A DNA stretch of 40,538 nucleotides from Nemertoderma westbladi (taxonomy: Eukaryota > Animalia > Xenacoelomorpha), in NCBI GenBank assembly GCA_032718475.1, contig JAUCBJ010005324.1, forward strand, positions 1 through 40,538, written 5' to 3'. Of this stretch, positions 10,701 to 25,700 are shown in pieces (the stretch's first letter is position 1; every line of letters starts with the position of its first letter). Position numbers and translations under genes: made by a program. The notes under the pieces are model-generated. The model ran no database searches, was not told the origin of the DNA, and worked only from the letters and a program-made list of their open reading frames with translations.

Positions 10701-13700
10701 GATCACCCATGGTGGTGAACGAACAGGCATTCATTTAAAACCAGAGTGGAAGGGTTTACTGCGGAAGATCACCCATGGTGGTGAACAGGCATTCCTTTAG
10801 GAAACAGAGTGGAAGGGTTTACTGTGGAAGATCACCCATGGTGGTGAACGAACAGGCATTCATTTAAAACCAGAGTGGAAGGGTTTACTGCGGAAGATCA
10901 CCCATGGTGGTGAACAGACATTCCTTTAGGAAACAGAGTGGAAGGGTTTACTGTGGAAGATCACCCATGGTGGTGAACAGACATTCCTTAAGGAAACGGA
11001 GTGGAAGGGTTTACTGTGGAAGATCACCCATGGTGGTGAACAGACATTCCTTAAGGAAACGGAGTGGAAGGGTTTACTGTGGAAGATCACCCATGGTGGT
11101 GAACAGACATTCCTTTAGGAAACAGAGTGGAAGGGTTTACTGTGGAAGATCACCCATGGTGGTGAACAGACATTCCTTTAGGAAACAGAGTGGAAGGGTT
11201 TACTGTGGAAGATCACCCATGGTGGTGAACAGACATTCCTTAAGGAAACGGAGTGGAAGGGTTTACTGTGGAAGATCACCCATGGTGGTGAACAGACATT
11301 CCTTAAGGAAACAGAGTGGAAGGGTTTACTGTGGAAGATCACCCATGGTGGTGAACGAACAGGCATTCATTTAAAACCAGAGTGGAAGGGTTTACTGCGG
11401 AAGATCACCCATGGTGGTGAACAGACATTCCTTTAGGAAACAGAGTGGAAGGGTTTACTGTGGAAGATCACCCATGGTGGTGAACAGACATTCCTTAAGG
11501 AAACGGAGTGGAAGGGTTTACTGTGGAAGATCACCCATGGTGGTGAACAGACATTCCTTAAGGAAACGGAGTGGAAGGGTTTACTGTGGAAGATCACCCA
11601 TGGTGGTGAACAGACATTCCTTTAGGAAACAGAGTGGAAGGGTTTACTGTGGAAGATCACCCATGGTGGTGAACAGACATTCCTTTAGGAAACAGAGTGG
11701 AAGGGTTTACTGTGGAAGATCACCCATGGTGGTGAACAGACATTCCTTAAGGAAACGGAGTGGAAGGGTTTACTGTGGAAGATCACCCATGGTGGTGAAC
11801 AGACATTCCTTAAGGAAACAGAGTGGAAGGGTTTACTGTGGAAGATCACCCATGGTGGTGAACAGACATTCCTTAAGGAAACGGAGTGGAAGGGTTTACT
11901 GTGGAAGATCACCCATGGTGGTGAACAGACATTCCTTAAGGAAACGGAGTGGAAGGGTTTACTGTGGAAGATCACCCATGGTGGTGAACAGACATTCCTT
12001 AAGGAAACGGAGTGGAAGGGTTTACTGTGGAGGATCACCCATGGTGGTGAACAGACATTCCTTTAGGAAACAGAGTGGAAGGGTTTACTGTGGAAGATCA
12101 CCCATGGTGGTGAACAGGCATTCCTTTAGGAAACAGAGTGGAAGGGTTTACTGTGGAAGATCACCCATGATGGTGAAGAGGCATTCCTTTAGGAAACAGC
12201 GTGGTAGGGTTTACTGTGGAAGATCACCCATGATGGTGAAGAGGCATTCCTTTAGGAAACAGAGTGGAAGGGTTTACTGTGGAAGATCACCCATGGTGGT
12301 GAACAGGCATTCCTTTAGGAAACAGAGTGGAAGGGTTTACTGTGGAAGATCACCCATGATGGTGAAGAGGCATTCCTTTAGGAAACAGAGTGGAAGGGTT
12401 TACTGTGGAAGATCACCCATGGTGGTGAACAGGCATTCCTTTAGGAAACAGAGTGGAAGGGTTTACTGTGGAAGATCACCCATGATGGTGAAGAGGCATT
12501 CCTTTAGGAAACAGAGTGGAAGGGTTTACTGTGGAAGATCACCCATGATGGTGAAGAGGCATTCCTTTAGGAAACAGAGTGGAATGGTTTACTGTGGAAG
12601 ATCACCCATGGTGGTGAACAGACATTCATTTAGGAAACAGAGTGGAATGGTTTACTGTGGAAGATCACCCATGGTGGTGAACAGACATTCATTTAGGAAA
12701 CAGAGTGGAATGGTTTACTGTGGAAGATCACCCATGGTGGTGAACAGGCATTCCTTTAGGAAACAGAGTGGAAGGGTTTACTGTGGAAGATCACCCATGA
12801 TGGTGAAGAGGCATTCCTTTAGGAAACAGAGTGGAAGGGTTTACTGTGGAAGATCACCCATGATGGTGAAGAGGCATTCCTTTAGGAAACAGAGTGGAAG
12901 GGTTTACTGTGGAAGATCACCCATGGTGGTGAACAGGCATTCCTTTAGGAAACAGAGTGGAAGGGTTTACTGTGGAAGATCACCCATGATGGTGAAGAGG
13001 CATTCCTTTAGGAAACAGAGTGGAAGGGTTTACTGTGGAAGATCACCCATGGTGGTGAACAGACATTCATTTAGGAAACAGAGTGGAATGGTTTACTGTG
13101 GAAGATCACCCATGGTGGTGAACAGGCATTCCTTTAGGAAACAGAGTGGAAGGGTTTACTGTGGAAGATCACCCATGATGGTGAAGAGGCATTCCTTTAG
13201 GAAACAGCGTGGTAGGGTTTACTGTGGAAGATCACCCATGATGGTGAAGAGGCATTCCTTTAGGAAACAGAGTGGAAGGGTTTACTGTGGAAGATCACCC
13301 ATGGTGGTGAACAGGCATTCCTTTAGGAAACAGAGTGGAAGGGTTTACTGTGGAAGATCACCCATGATGGTGAAGAGGCATTCCTTTAGGAAACAGAGTG
13401 GAAGGGTTTACTGTGGAAGATCACCCATGGTGGTGAACAGACATTCATTTAGGAAACAGAGTGGAATGGTTTACTGTGGAAGATCACCCATGATGGTGAA
13501 CAGGCATTCCTTTAGGAAACAGAGTGGAAGGGTTTACTGTTGAAGATCACCCATGGTGGTGAACAGGCATTCCTTTAGGAAACAGAGTGGAAGGGTTTAC
13601 TGTGGAAGATCACCCATGGTGGTGAACAGGCATTCCTTTAGGAAACAGAGTGGAAGGGTTTACTGTGGAAGATGACCCATGGTGGTGAACAGGCATTCCT

Positions 13701-16700
13701 TTAGGAAACAGCGTGGTAGGGTTTACTGTGGAAGATCATCCATGGTGGTGAACAGGTATTCCTTTAGGAAACAGAGTGGAAGGGTTTACTGTGGAAGATC
13801 ACCCATGGTGGTGAACAGGCATTCCTTTAGGAAACAGAGTGGAAGGGTTTACTGTGGAAGATCACCCATGGTGGTGAACAGACATTCATTTAGGAAACAG
13901 AGTGGAATGGTTTACTGTGGAAGATCACCCATGATGGTGAACAGGCATTCCTTTAGGAAACAGAGTGGAAGGGTTTACTGTTGAAGATCACCCATGGTGG
14001 TGAACAGGCATTCCTTTAGGAAACAGAGTGGAAGGGTTTACTGTGGAAGATCACCCATGGTGGTGAACAGGCATTCCTTTAGGAAACAGAGTGGAAGGGT
14101 TTACTGTGGAAGATGACCCATGGTGGTGAACAGGCATTCCTTTAGGAAACAGCGTGGTAGGGTTTACTGTGGAAGATCATCCATGGTGGTGAACAGGTAT
14201 TCCTTTAGGAAACAGAGTGGAAGGGTTTACTGTGGAAGATCACCCATGGTGGTGAACAGGCATTCCTTTAGGAAACAGAGTGGAAGGGTTTACTGTGGAA
14301 GATGACCCATGGTGGTGAACAGGCATTCCTTTAGGAAACAGCGTGGAAGGGTTTACTGTGGAAGATCACCCATGGTGGTGAACAGGTATTCCTTTAGGAA
14401 ACAGAGTGGAATGGTTTACTGTGGAAGATCACCCATGGTGGTGAACAGGCATTCCTTTAGGAAACAGAGTGGAAGGGTTTACTGTGGAAGATCACCCATG
14501 ATGGTGAAGAGGCATTCCTTTAGGAAACAGAGTGGAAGGGTTTACTGTGGAAGATCACCCATGATGGTGAAGAGGCATTCCTTTAGGAAACAGAGTGGAA
14601 GGGTTTACTGTGGAAGATCACCCATGGTGGTGAACAGGCATTCCTTTAGGAAACAGAGTGGAAGGGTTTACTGTGGAAGATCACCCATGATGGTGAAGAG
14701 GCATTCCTTTAGGAAACAGAGTGGAAGGGTTTACTGTGGAAGATCACCCATGGTGGTGAACAGACATTCATTTAGGAAACAGAGTGGAATGGTTTACTGT
14801 GGAAGATCACCCATGGTGGTGAACAGGCATTCCTTTAGGAAACAGAGTGGAAGGGTTTACTGTGGAAGATCACCCATGATGGTGAAGAGGCATTCCTTTA
14901 GGAAACAGCGTGGTAGGGTTTACTGTGGAAGATCACCCATGATGGTGAAGAGGCATTCCTTTAGGAAACAGAGTGGAAGGGTTTACTGTGGAAGATCACC
15001 CATGGTGGTGAACAGGCATTCCTTTAGGAAACAGAGTGGAAGGGTTTACTGTGGAAGATCACCCATGATGGTGAAGAGGCATTCCTTTAGGAAACAGAGT
15101 GGAAGGGTTTACTGTGGAAGATCACCCATGGTGGTGAACAGACATTCATTTAGGAAACAGAGTGGAATGGTTTACTGTGGAAGATCACCCATGATGGTGA
15201 ACAGGCATTCCTTTAGGAAACAGAGTGGAAGGGTTTACTGTTGAAGATCACCCATGGTGGTGAACAGGCATTCCTTTAGGAAACAGAGTGGAAGGGTTTA
15301 CTGTGGAAGATCACCCATGGTGGTGAACAGGCATTCCTTTAGGAAACAGAGTGGAAGGGTTTACTGTGGAAGATGACCCATGGTGGTGAACAGGCATTCC
15401 TTTAGGAAACAGCGTGGTAGGGTTTACTGTGGAAGATCATCCATGGTGGTGAACAGGTATTCCTTTAGGAAACAGAGTGGAAGGGTTTACTGTGGAAGAT
15501 CACCCATGGTGGTGAACAGGCATTCCTTTAGGAAACAGAGTGGAAGGGTTTACTGTGGAAGATCACCCATGGTGGTGAACAGACATTCATTTAGGAAACA
15601 GAGTGGAATGGTTTACTGTGGAAGATCACCCATGATGGTGAACAGGCATTCCTTTAGGAAACAGAGTGGAAGGGTTTACTGTTGAAGATCACCCATGGTG
15701 GTGAACAGGCATTCCTTTAGGAAACAGAGTGGAAGGGTTTACTGTGGAAGATCACCCATGGTGGTGAACAGGCATTCCTTTAGGAAACAGAGTGGAAGGG
15801 TTTACTGTGGAAGATGACCCATGGTGGTGAACAGGCATTCCTTTAGGAAACAGCGTGGTAGGGTTTACTGTGGAAGATCATCCATGGTGGTGAACAGGTA
15901 TTCCTTTAGGAAACAGAGTGGAAGGGTTTACTGTGGAAGATCACCCATGGTGGTGAACAGGCATTCCTTTAGGAAACAGAGTGGAAGGGTTTACTGTGGA
16001 AGATGACCCATGGTGGTGAACAGGCATTCCTTTAGGAAACAGCGTGGAAGGGTTTACTGTGGAAGATCACCCATGGTGGTGAACAGGTATTCCTTTAGGA
16101 AACATAGTGGAAGGGTTTACTGTGGAAGATCATCCATGGTGGTGAACAGGTATTCCTTTAGGAAACAGAGTGGAAGGGTTTACTGTGGAAGATCACCCAT
16201 GGTGGTGAACAGGCATTCCTTTAGGAAACAGAGTGGAAGGGTTTACTGTGGAAGATGACCCATGGTGGTGAACAGGCATTCCTTTAGGAAACAGCGTGGT
16301 AGGGTTTACTGTGGAAGATCACCCATGGTGGTGAACAGGTATTCCTTTAGGAAACATAGTGGAAGGGTTTACTGTGGAAGATCACCCATGGTGGTGAACA
16401 GGCATTCCTTTAGGAAACAGAGTGGAAGGGTTTACTGTGGAAGATGACCCATGGTGGTGAACAGGCATTCCTTTAGGAAACAGCGTGGTAGGGTTTACTG
16501 TGGAAGATCACCCATGGTGGTGAACAGGTATTCCTTTAGGAAACATAGTGGAAGGGTTTACTGTGGAAGATCACCCATGGTGGTGAACAGGCATTCCTTT
16601 AGGAAACAGAGTGGAAGGGTTTATTGTGGAAGATGACCCATGGTGGTGAACAGGCATTCCTTTAGGAAACAGAGTGGAAGGGTTTACTGTGGAAGATCAC

Positions 16701-19700
16701 CCATGGTGGTGAACAGGTATTCCTTTAGGAAACATAGTGGAAGGGTTTACTGTGGAAGATCACCCATGGTGGTGAACAGGCATTCCTTTAGGAAACAGCG
16801 TGGTAGGGTTTACTGTGGAAGATCACCCATGGTGGTGAACAGGTATTCCTTTAGGAAACATAGTGGAAGGGTTTACTGTGGAAGATCACCCATGGTGGTG
16901 AACAGGCATTCCTTTAGGAAACAGAGTGGAATGGTTTACTGTGGAAGATCACCCATGATGGTGAACAGACATTCATTTAGGAAACAGAGTGGAATGGTTT
17001 ACTGTGGAAGATCACCCATGGTGGTGAACAGACATTCATTTAGGAAACAGAGTGGAATGGTTTACTGTGGAAGATCACCCATGGTGGTGAACAGGCATTC
17101 CTTTAGGAAACAGAGTGGAAGGGTTTACTGTGGAAGATCACCCATGATGGTGAAGAGGCATTCCTTTAGGAAACAGAGTGGAAGGGTTTACTGTGGAAGA
17201 TCACCCATGATGGTGAAGAGGCATTCCTTTAGGAAACAGAGTGGAAGGGTTTACTGTGGAAGATCACCCATGGTGGTGAACAGGCATTCCTTTAGGAAAC
17301 AGAGTGGAAGGGTTTACTGTGGAAGATCACCCATGATGGTGAAGAGGCATTCCTTTAGGAAACAGAGTGGAAGGGTTTACTGTGGAAGATCACCCATGGT
17401 GGTGAACAGACATTCATTTAGGAAACAGAGTGGAATGGTTTACTGTGGAAGATCACCCATGGTGGTGAACAGGCATTCCTTTAGGAAACAGAGTGGAAGG
17501 GTTTACTGTGGAAGATCACCCATGATGGTGAAGAGGCATTCCTTTAGGAAACAGCGTGGTAGGGTTTACTGTGGAAGATCACCCATGATGGTGAAGAGGC
17601 ATTCCTTTAGGAAACAGAGTGGAAGGGTTTACTGTGGAAGATCACCCATGGTGGTGAACAGGCATTCCTTTAGGAAACAGAGTGGAAGGGTTTACTGTGG
17701 AAGATCACCCATGATGGTGAAGAGGCATTCCTTTAGGAAACAGAGTGGAAGGGTTTACTGTGGAAGATCACCCATGGTGGTGAACAGACATTCATTTAGG
17801 AAACAGAGTGGAATGGTTTACTGTGGAAGATCACCCATGATGGTGAACAGGCATTCCTTTAGGAAACAGAGTGGAAGGGTTTACTGTTGAAGATCACCCA
17901 TGGTGGTGAACAGGCATTCCTTTAGGAAACAGAGTGGAAGGGTTTACTGTGGAAGATCACCCATGGTGGTGAACAGGCATTCCTTTAGGAAACAGAGTGG
18001 AAGGGTTTACTGTGGAAGATGACCCATGGTGGTGAACAGGCATTCCTTTAGGAAACAGCGTGGTAGGGTTTACTGTGGAAGATCATCCATGGTGGTGAAC
18101 AGGTATTCCTTTAGGAAACAGAGTGGAAGGGTTTACTGTGGAAGATCACCCATGGTGGTGAACAGGCATTCCTTTAGGAAACAGAGTGGAAGGGTTTACT
18201 GTGGAAGATCACCCATGGTGGTGAACAGACATTCATTTAGGAAACAGAGTGGAATGGTTTACTGTGGAAGATCACCCATGATGGTGAACAGGCATTCCTT
18301 TAGGAAACAGAGTGGAAGGGTTTACTGTTGAAGATCACCCATGGTGGTGAACAGGCATTCCTTTAGGAAACAGAGTGGAAGGGTTTACTGTGGAAGATCA
18401 CCCATGGTGGTGAACAGGCATTCCTTTAGGAAACAGAGTGGAAGGGTTTACTGTGGAAGATGACCCATGGTGGTGAACAGGCATTCCTTTAGGAAACAGC
18501 GTGGTAGGGTTTACTGTGGAAGATCATCCATGGTGGTGAACAGGTATTCCTTTAGGAAACAGAGTGGAAGGGTTTACTGTGGAAGATCACCCATGGTGGT
18601 GAACAGGCATTCCTTTAGGAAACAGAGTGGAAGGGTTTACTGTGGAAGATGACCCATGGTGGTGAACAGGCATTCCTTTAGGAAACAGCGTGGAAGGGTT
18701 TACTGTGGAAGATCACCCATGGTGGTGAACAGGTATTCCTTTAGGAAACAGAGTGGAATGGTTTACTGTGGAAGATCACCCATGGTGGTGAACAGGCATT
18801 CCTTTAGGAAACAGAGTGGAAGGGTTTACTGTGGAAGATCACCCATGATGGTGAAGAGGCATTCCTTTAGGAAACAGAGTGGAAGGGTTTACTGTGGAAG
18901 ATCACCCATGATGGTGAAGAGGCATTCCTTTAGGAAACAGAGTGGAAGGGTTTACTGTGGAAGATCACCCATGGTGGTGAACAGGCATTCCTTTAGGAAA
19001 CAGAGTGGAAGGGTTTACTGTGGAAGATCACCCATGATGGTGAAGAGGCATTCCTTTAGGAAACAGAGTGGAAGGGTTTACTGTGGAAGATCACCCATGG
19101 TGGTGAACAGACATTCATTTAGGAAACAGAGTGGAATGGTTTACTGTGGAAGATCACCCATGGTGGTGAACAGGCATTCCTTTAGGAAACAGAGTGGAAG
19201 GGTTTACTGTGGAAGATCACCCATGATGGTGAAGAGGCATTCCTTTAGGAAACAGCGTGGTAGGGTTTACTGTGGAAGATCACCCATGATGGTGAAGAGG
19301 CATTCCTTTAGGAAACAGAGTGGAAGGGTTTACTGTGGAAGATCACCCATGGTGGTGAACAGGCATTCCTTTAGGAAACAGAGTGGAAGGGTTTACTGTG
19401 GAAGATCACCCATGATGGTGAAGAGGCATTCCTTTAGGAAACAGAGTGGAAGGGTTTACTGTGGAAGATCACCCATGGTGGTGAACAGACATTCATTTAG
19501 GAAACAGAGTGGAATGGTTTACTGTGGAAGATCACCCATGATGGTGAACAGGCATTCCTTTAGGAAACAGAGTGGAAGGGTTTACTGTTGAAGATCACCC
19601 ATGGTGGTGAACAGGCATTCCTTTAGGAAACAGAGTGGAAGGGTTTACTGTGGAAGATCACCCATGGTGGTGAACAGGCATTCCTTTAGGAAACAGAGTG

Positions 19701-22700
19701 GAAGGGTTTACTGTGGAAGATGACCCATGGTGGTGAACAGGCATTCCTTTAGGAAACAGCGTGGTAGGGTTTACTGTGGAAGATCATCCATGGTGGTGAA
19801 CAGGTATTCCTTTAGGAAACAGAGTGGAAGGGTTTACTGTGGAAGATCACCCATGGTGGTGAACAGGCATTCCTTTAGGAAACAGAGTGGAAGGGTTTAC
19901 TGTGGAAGATCACCCATGGTGGTGAACAGACATTCATTTAGGAAACAGAGTGGAATGGTTTACTGTGGAAGATCACCCATGATGGTGAACAGGCATTCCT
20001 TTAGGAAACAGAGTGGAAGGGTTTACTGTTGAAGATCACCCATGGTGGTGAACAGGCATTCCTTTAGGAAACAGAGTGGAAGGGTTTACTGTGGAAGATC
20101 ACCCATGGTGGTGAACAGGCATTCCTTTAGGAAACAGAGTGGAAGGGTTTACTGTGGAAGATGACCCATGGTGGTGAACAGGCATTCCTTTAGGAAACAG
20201 CGTGGTAGGGTTTACTGTGGAAGATCATCCATGGTGGTGAACAGGTATTCCTTTAGGAAACAGAGTGGAAGGGTTTACTGTGGAAGATCACCCATGGTGG
20301 TGAACAGGCATTCCTTTAGGAAACAGAGTGGAAGGGTTTACTGTGGAAGATGACCCATGGTGGTGAACAGGCATTCCTTTAGGAAACAGCGTGGAAGGGT
20401 TTACTGTGGAAGATCACCCATGGTGGTGAACAGGTATTCCTTTAGGAAACATAGTGGAAGGGTTTACTGTGGAAGATCATCCATGGTGGTGAACAGGTAT
20501 TCCTTTAGGAAACAGAGTGGAAGGGTTTACTGTGGAAGATCACCCATGGTGGTGAACAGGCATTCCTTTAGGAAACAGAGTGGAAGGGTTTACTGTGGAA
20601 GATGACCCATGGTGGTGAACAGGCATTCCTTTAGGAAACAGCGTGGTAGGGTTTACTGTGGAAGATCACCCATGGTGGTGAACAGGTATTCCTTTAGGAA
20701 ACATAGTGGAAGGGTTTACTGTGGAAGATCACCCATGGTGGTGAACAGGCATTCCTTTAGGAAACAGAGTGGAAGGGTTTACTGTGGAAGATGACCCATG
20801 GTGGTGAACAGGCATTCCTTTAGGAAACAGCGTGGTAGGGTTTACTGTGGAAGATCACCCATGGTGGTGAACAGGTATTCCTTTAGGAAACATAGTGGAA
20901 GGGTTTACTGTGGAAGATCACCCATGGTGGTGAACAGGCATTCCTTTAGGAAACAGAGTGGAAGGGTTTACTGTGGAAGATGACCCATGGTGGTGAACAG
21001 GCATTCCTTTAGGAAACAGAGTGGAAGGGTTTACTGTGGAAGATCACCCATGGTGGTGAACAGGTATTCCTTTAGGAAACATAGTGGAAGGGTTTACTGT
21101 GGAAGATCACCCATGGTGGTGAACAGGCATTCCTTTAGGAAACAGCGTGGTAGGGTTTACTGTGGAAGATCACCCATGGTGGTGAACAGGTATTCCTTTA
21201 GGAAACATAGTGGAAGGGTTTACTGTGGAAGATCACCCATGGTGGTGAACAGGCATTCCTTTAGGAAACAGAGTGGAAGGGTTTACTGTGGAAGATGACC
21301 CATGGTGGTGAACAGGCATTCCTTTAGGAAACAGAGTGGAAGGGTTTACTGTGGAAGATCACCCATGGTGGTGAACAGGTATTCCTTTAGGAAACATAGT
21401 GGAAGGGTTTACTGTGGAAGATCACCCATGGTGGTGAACAGGCATTCCTTTAGGAAACAGCGTGGTAGGGTTTACTGTGGAAGATCACCCATGGTGGTGA
21501 ACAGGTATTCCTTTAGGAAACATAGTGGAAGGGTTTACTGTGGAAGATCACCCATGGTGGTGAACAGGCATTCCTTTAGGAAACAGAGTGGAAGGGTTTA
21601 CTGTGGAAGATGACCCATGGTGGTGAACAGGCATTCCTTTAGGAAACAGAGTGGAAGGGTTTACTGTGGAAGATCACCCATGGTGGTGAACAGGTATTCC
21701 TTTAGGAAACATAGTGGAAGGGTTTACTGTGGAAGATCACCCATGGTGGTGAACAGGCATTCCTTTAGGAAACATAGTGGAAGGGTTTACTGTGGAAGAT
21801 CACCCATGGTGGTGAACAGGCATTCCTTTAGGAAACATAGTGGAAGGGTTTACTGTGGAAGATCACCCGTGGTGGTGAACAGGTATTCCTTTAGGAAACA
21901 GCGTGGTAGGGTTTACTGTGGAAGATCACCCATGGTGGTGAACAGACATTCCTTTAGGAAACAGAGTGGAAGGGTTTAATGTGGAAGATCACCCGTGGTG
22001 GTGAACAGGCATTCCTTTAGGAAACAGCGTGGTAGGGTTTACTGTGGAAGATCACCCATGGTGGTGAACAGGCATTCCTTTAGGAAACAGAGTGGAAGGG
22101 TTTAATGTGGAAGATCACCCATGGTGGTGAACAGGCATTCCTTTAGGAAACAGCGTGGTAGGGTTTACTGTGGAAGATCACCCGTGGTGGTGAACAGGTA
22201 TTCCTTTAGGAAACAGCGTGGTAGGGTTTACTGTGGAAGATCACCCATGGTGGTGAACAGGCATTCCTTTAGGAAACAGAGTGGAAGGGTTTAATGTGGA
22301 AGATCACCCATGGTGGTGAACAGGCATTCCTTTAGGAAACAGCGTGGTAGGGTTTACTGTGGAAGATCACCCGTGGTGGTGAACAGGTATTCCTTTAGGA
22401 AACAGCGTGGTAGGGTTTACTGTGGAAGATCACCCATGGTGGTGAACAGGCATTCCTTTAGGAAACAGAGTGGAAGGGTTTACTGTGGAAGATCACCCGT
22501 GGTGGTGAACAGGCATTCCTTTAGGAAACAGCGTGGTAGGGTTTACTGTGGAAGATCACCCATGGTGGTGAACAGGCATTCCTTTAGGAAACAGAGTGGA
22601 AGGGTTTAATGTGGAAGATCACCCATGGTGGTGAACAGGCATTCCTTTAGGAAACAGCGTGGTAGGGTTTACTGTGGAAGATCACCCGTGGTGGTGAACA

Positions 22701-25700
22701 GGTATTCCTTTAGGAAACAGCGTGGTAGGGTTTAATGTGGAAGATCACCCATGGTGGTGAACAGGCATTCCTTTAGGAAACAGCGTGGTAGGGTTTACTG
22801 TGGAAGATCACCCGTGGTGGTGAACAGGTATTCCTTTAGGAAACAGAGTGGAAGGGTTTAATGTGGAAGATCACCCATGGTGGTGAACAGGCATTCCTTT
22901 AGGAAACAGAGTGGAAGGGTTTAATGTGGAAGATCACCCATGGTGGTGAACAGGCATTCCTTTAGGAAACAGCGTGGTAGGGTTTACTGTGGAAGATCAC
23001 CCGTGGTGGTGAACAGGTATTCCTTTAGGAAACAGAGTGGAAGGGTTTAATGTGGAAGATCACCCATGGTGGTGAACAGGCATTCCTTTAGGAAACAGAG
23101 TGGAAGGGTTTAATGTGGAAGATCACCCATGGTGGTGAACAGGCATTCCTTTAGGAAACAGCGTGGTAGGGTTTACTGTGGAAGATCACCCGTGGTGGTG
23201 AACAGGTATTCCTTTAGGAAACAGCGTGGTAGGGTTTACTGTGGAAGATCACCCATGGTGGTGAACAGGCATTCCTTTAGGAAACAGCGTGGTAGGGTTT
23301 ACTGTGGAAGATCACCCATGGTGGTGAACAGGCATTCCTTTAGGAAACAGCGTGGTAGGGTTTACTGTGGAAGATCACCCATGGTGGTGAACAGGCATTC
23401 CTTTAGGAAACAGCGTGGTAGGGTTTACTGTGGAAGATCACCCGTGGTGGTGAACAGGTATTCCTTTAGGAAACAGCGTGGTAGGGTTTACTGTGGAAGA
23501 TCACCCATGGTGGTGAACAGGCATTCCTTTAGGAAACAGCGTGGTAGGGTTTACTGTGGAAGATCACCCATGGTGGTGAACAGGCATTCCTTTAGGAAAC
23601 AGCGTGGTAGGGTTTACTGTGGAAGATCACCCATGGTGGTGAACAGGCATTCCTTTGGGAAACCGAGTGGAAGGGTTTACTGTGGAAGATCACCCATGGT
23701 GGTGAACAGGCATTCCTTTAGGAAACAGCGTGGTAGGGTTTACTGTGGAAGATCACCCATGGTGGTGAACAGGCATTCCTTTGGGAAACCGAGTGGAAGG
23801 GTTTACTGTGGAAGATCACCCATGGTGGTGAACAGGCATTCCTTTAGGAAACAGCGTGGTAGGGTTTACTGTGGAAGATCACCCATGGTGGTGAACAGGC
23901 ATTCCTTTGGGAAACAGAGTGGAAGGGTTTACTGTGGAAGATCACCCATGGTGGTGAACAGGCATTCCTTTAGGAAACAGCGTGGTAGGGTTTACTGTGG
24001 AAGATCACCCATGGTGGTGAACAGGCATTCCTTTAGGAAACAGAGTGGAATGGTTTACTGTGGAAGATCACCCATGGTGGTGAACAGGCATTCCTTTAGG
24101 AAACAGCGTGGTAGGGTTTACTGTGGAAGATCACCCGTGGTGGTGAACAGGTATTCCTTTAGGAAACAGCGTGGTAGGGTTTACTGTGGAAGATCACCCA
24201 TGGTGGTGAACAGGCATTCCTTTAGGAAACAGCGTGGTAGGGTTTACTGTGGAAGATCACCCGTGGTGGTGAACAGGTATTCCTTTAGGAAACAGCGTGG
24301 TAGGGTTTACTGTGGAAGATCACCCATGGTGGTGAACAGGCATTCCTTTAGGAAACAGCGTGGTAGGGTTTACTGTGGAAGATCACCCATGGTGGTGAAC
24401 AGGCATTCCTTTAGGAAACAGCGTGGTAGGGTTTACTGTGGAAGATCACCCATGGTGGTGAACAGGCATTCCTTTAGGAAACAGCGTGGTAGGGTTTACT
24501 GTGGAAGATCACCCGTGGTGGTGAACAGGTATTCCTTTAGGAAACAGCGTGGTAGGGTTTACTGTGGAAGATCACCCATGGTGGTGAACAGGCATTCCTT
24601 TAGGAAACAGCGTGGTAGGGTTTACTGTGGAAGATCACCCATGGTGGTGAACAGGCATTCCTTTAGGAAACAGCGTGGTAGGGTTTACTGTGGAAGATCA
24701 CCCATGGTGGTGAACAGGCATTCCTTTAGGAAACAGCGTGGTAGGGTTTACTGTGGAAGATCACCCATGGTGGTGAACAGGCATTCCTTTGGGAAACCGA
24801 GTGGAAGGGTTTACTGTGGAAGATCACCCATGGTGGTGAACAGGCATTCCTTTAGGAAACAGAGTGGAAGGGTTTAATGTGGAAGATCACCCATGGTGGT
24901 GAACAGGCATTCCTTTAGGAAACAGCGTGGTAGGGTTTACTGTGGAAGATCACCCGTGGTGGTGAACAGGTATTCCTTTAGGAAACAGCGTGGTAGGGTT
25001 TACTGTGGAAGATCACCCATGGTGGTGAACAGGCATTCCTTTAGGAAACAGCGTGGTAGGGTTTACTGTGGAAGATCACCCATGGTGGTGAACAGGCATT
25101 CCTTTAGGAAACAGCGTGGTAGGGTTTACTGTGGAAGATCACCCATGGTGGTGAACAGGCATTCCTTTAGGAAACAGCGTGGTAGGGTTTACTGTGGAAG
25201 ATCACCCGTGGTGGTGAACAGGTATTCCTTTAGGAAACAGCGTGGTAGGGTTTACTGTGGAAGATCACCCATGGTGGTGAACAGGCATTCCTTTAGGAAA
25301 CAGCGTGGTAGGGTTTACTGTGGAAGATCACCCATGGTGGTGAACAGGCATTCCTTTAGGAAACAGCGTGGTAGGGTTTACTGTGGAAGATCACCCATGG
25401 TGGTGAACAGGCATTCCTTTGGGAAACCGAGTGGAAGGGTTTACTGTGGAAGATCACCCATGGTGGTGAACAGGCATTCCTTTAGGAAACAGCGTGGTAG
25501 GGTTTACTGTGGAAGATCACCCATGGTGGTGAACAGGCATTCCTTTGGGAAACAGAGTGGAAGGGTTTACTGTGGAAGATCACCCATGGTGGTGAACAGG
25601 CATTCCTTTAGGAAACAGCGTGGTAGGGTTTACTGTGGAAGATCACCCATGGTGGTGAACAGGCATTCCTTTAGGAAACAGAGTGGAATGGTTTACTGTG

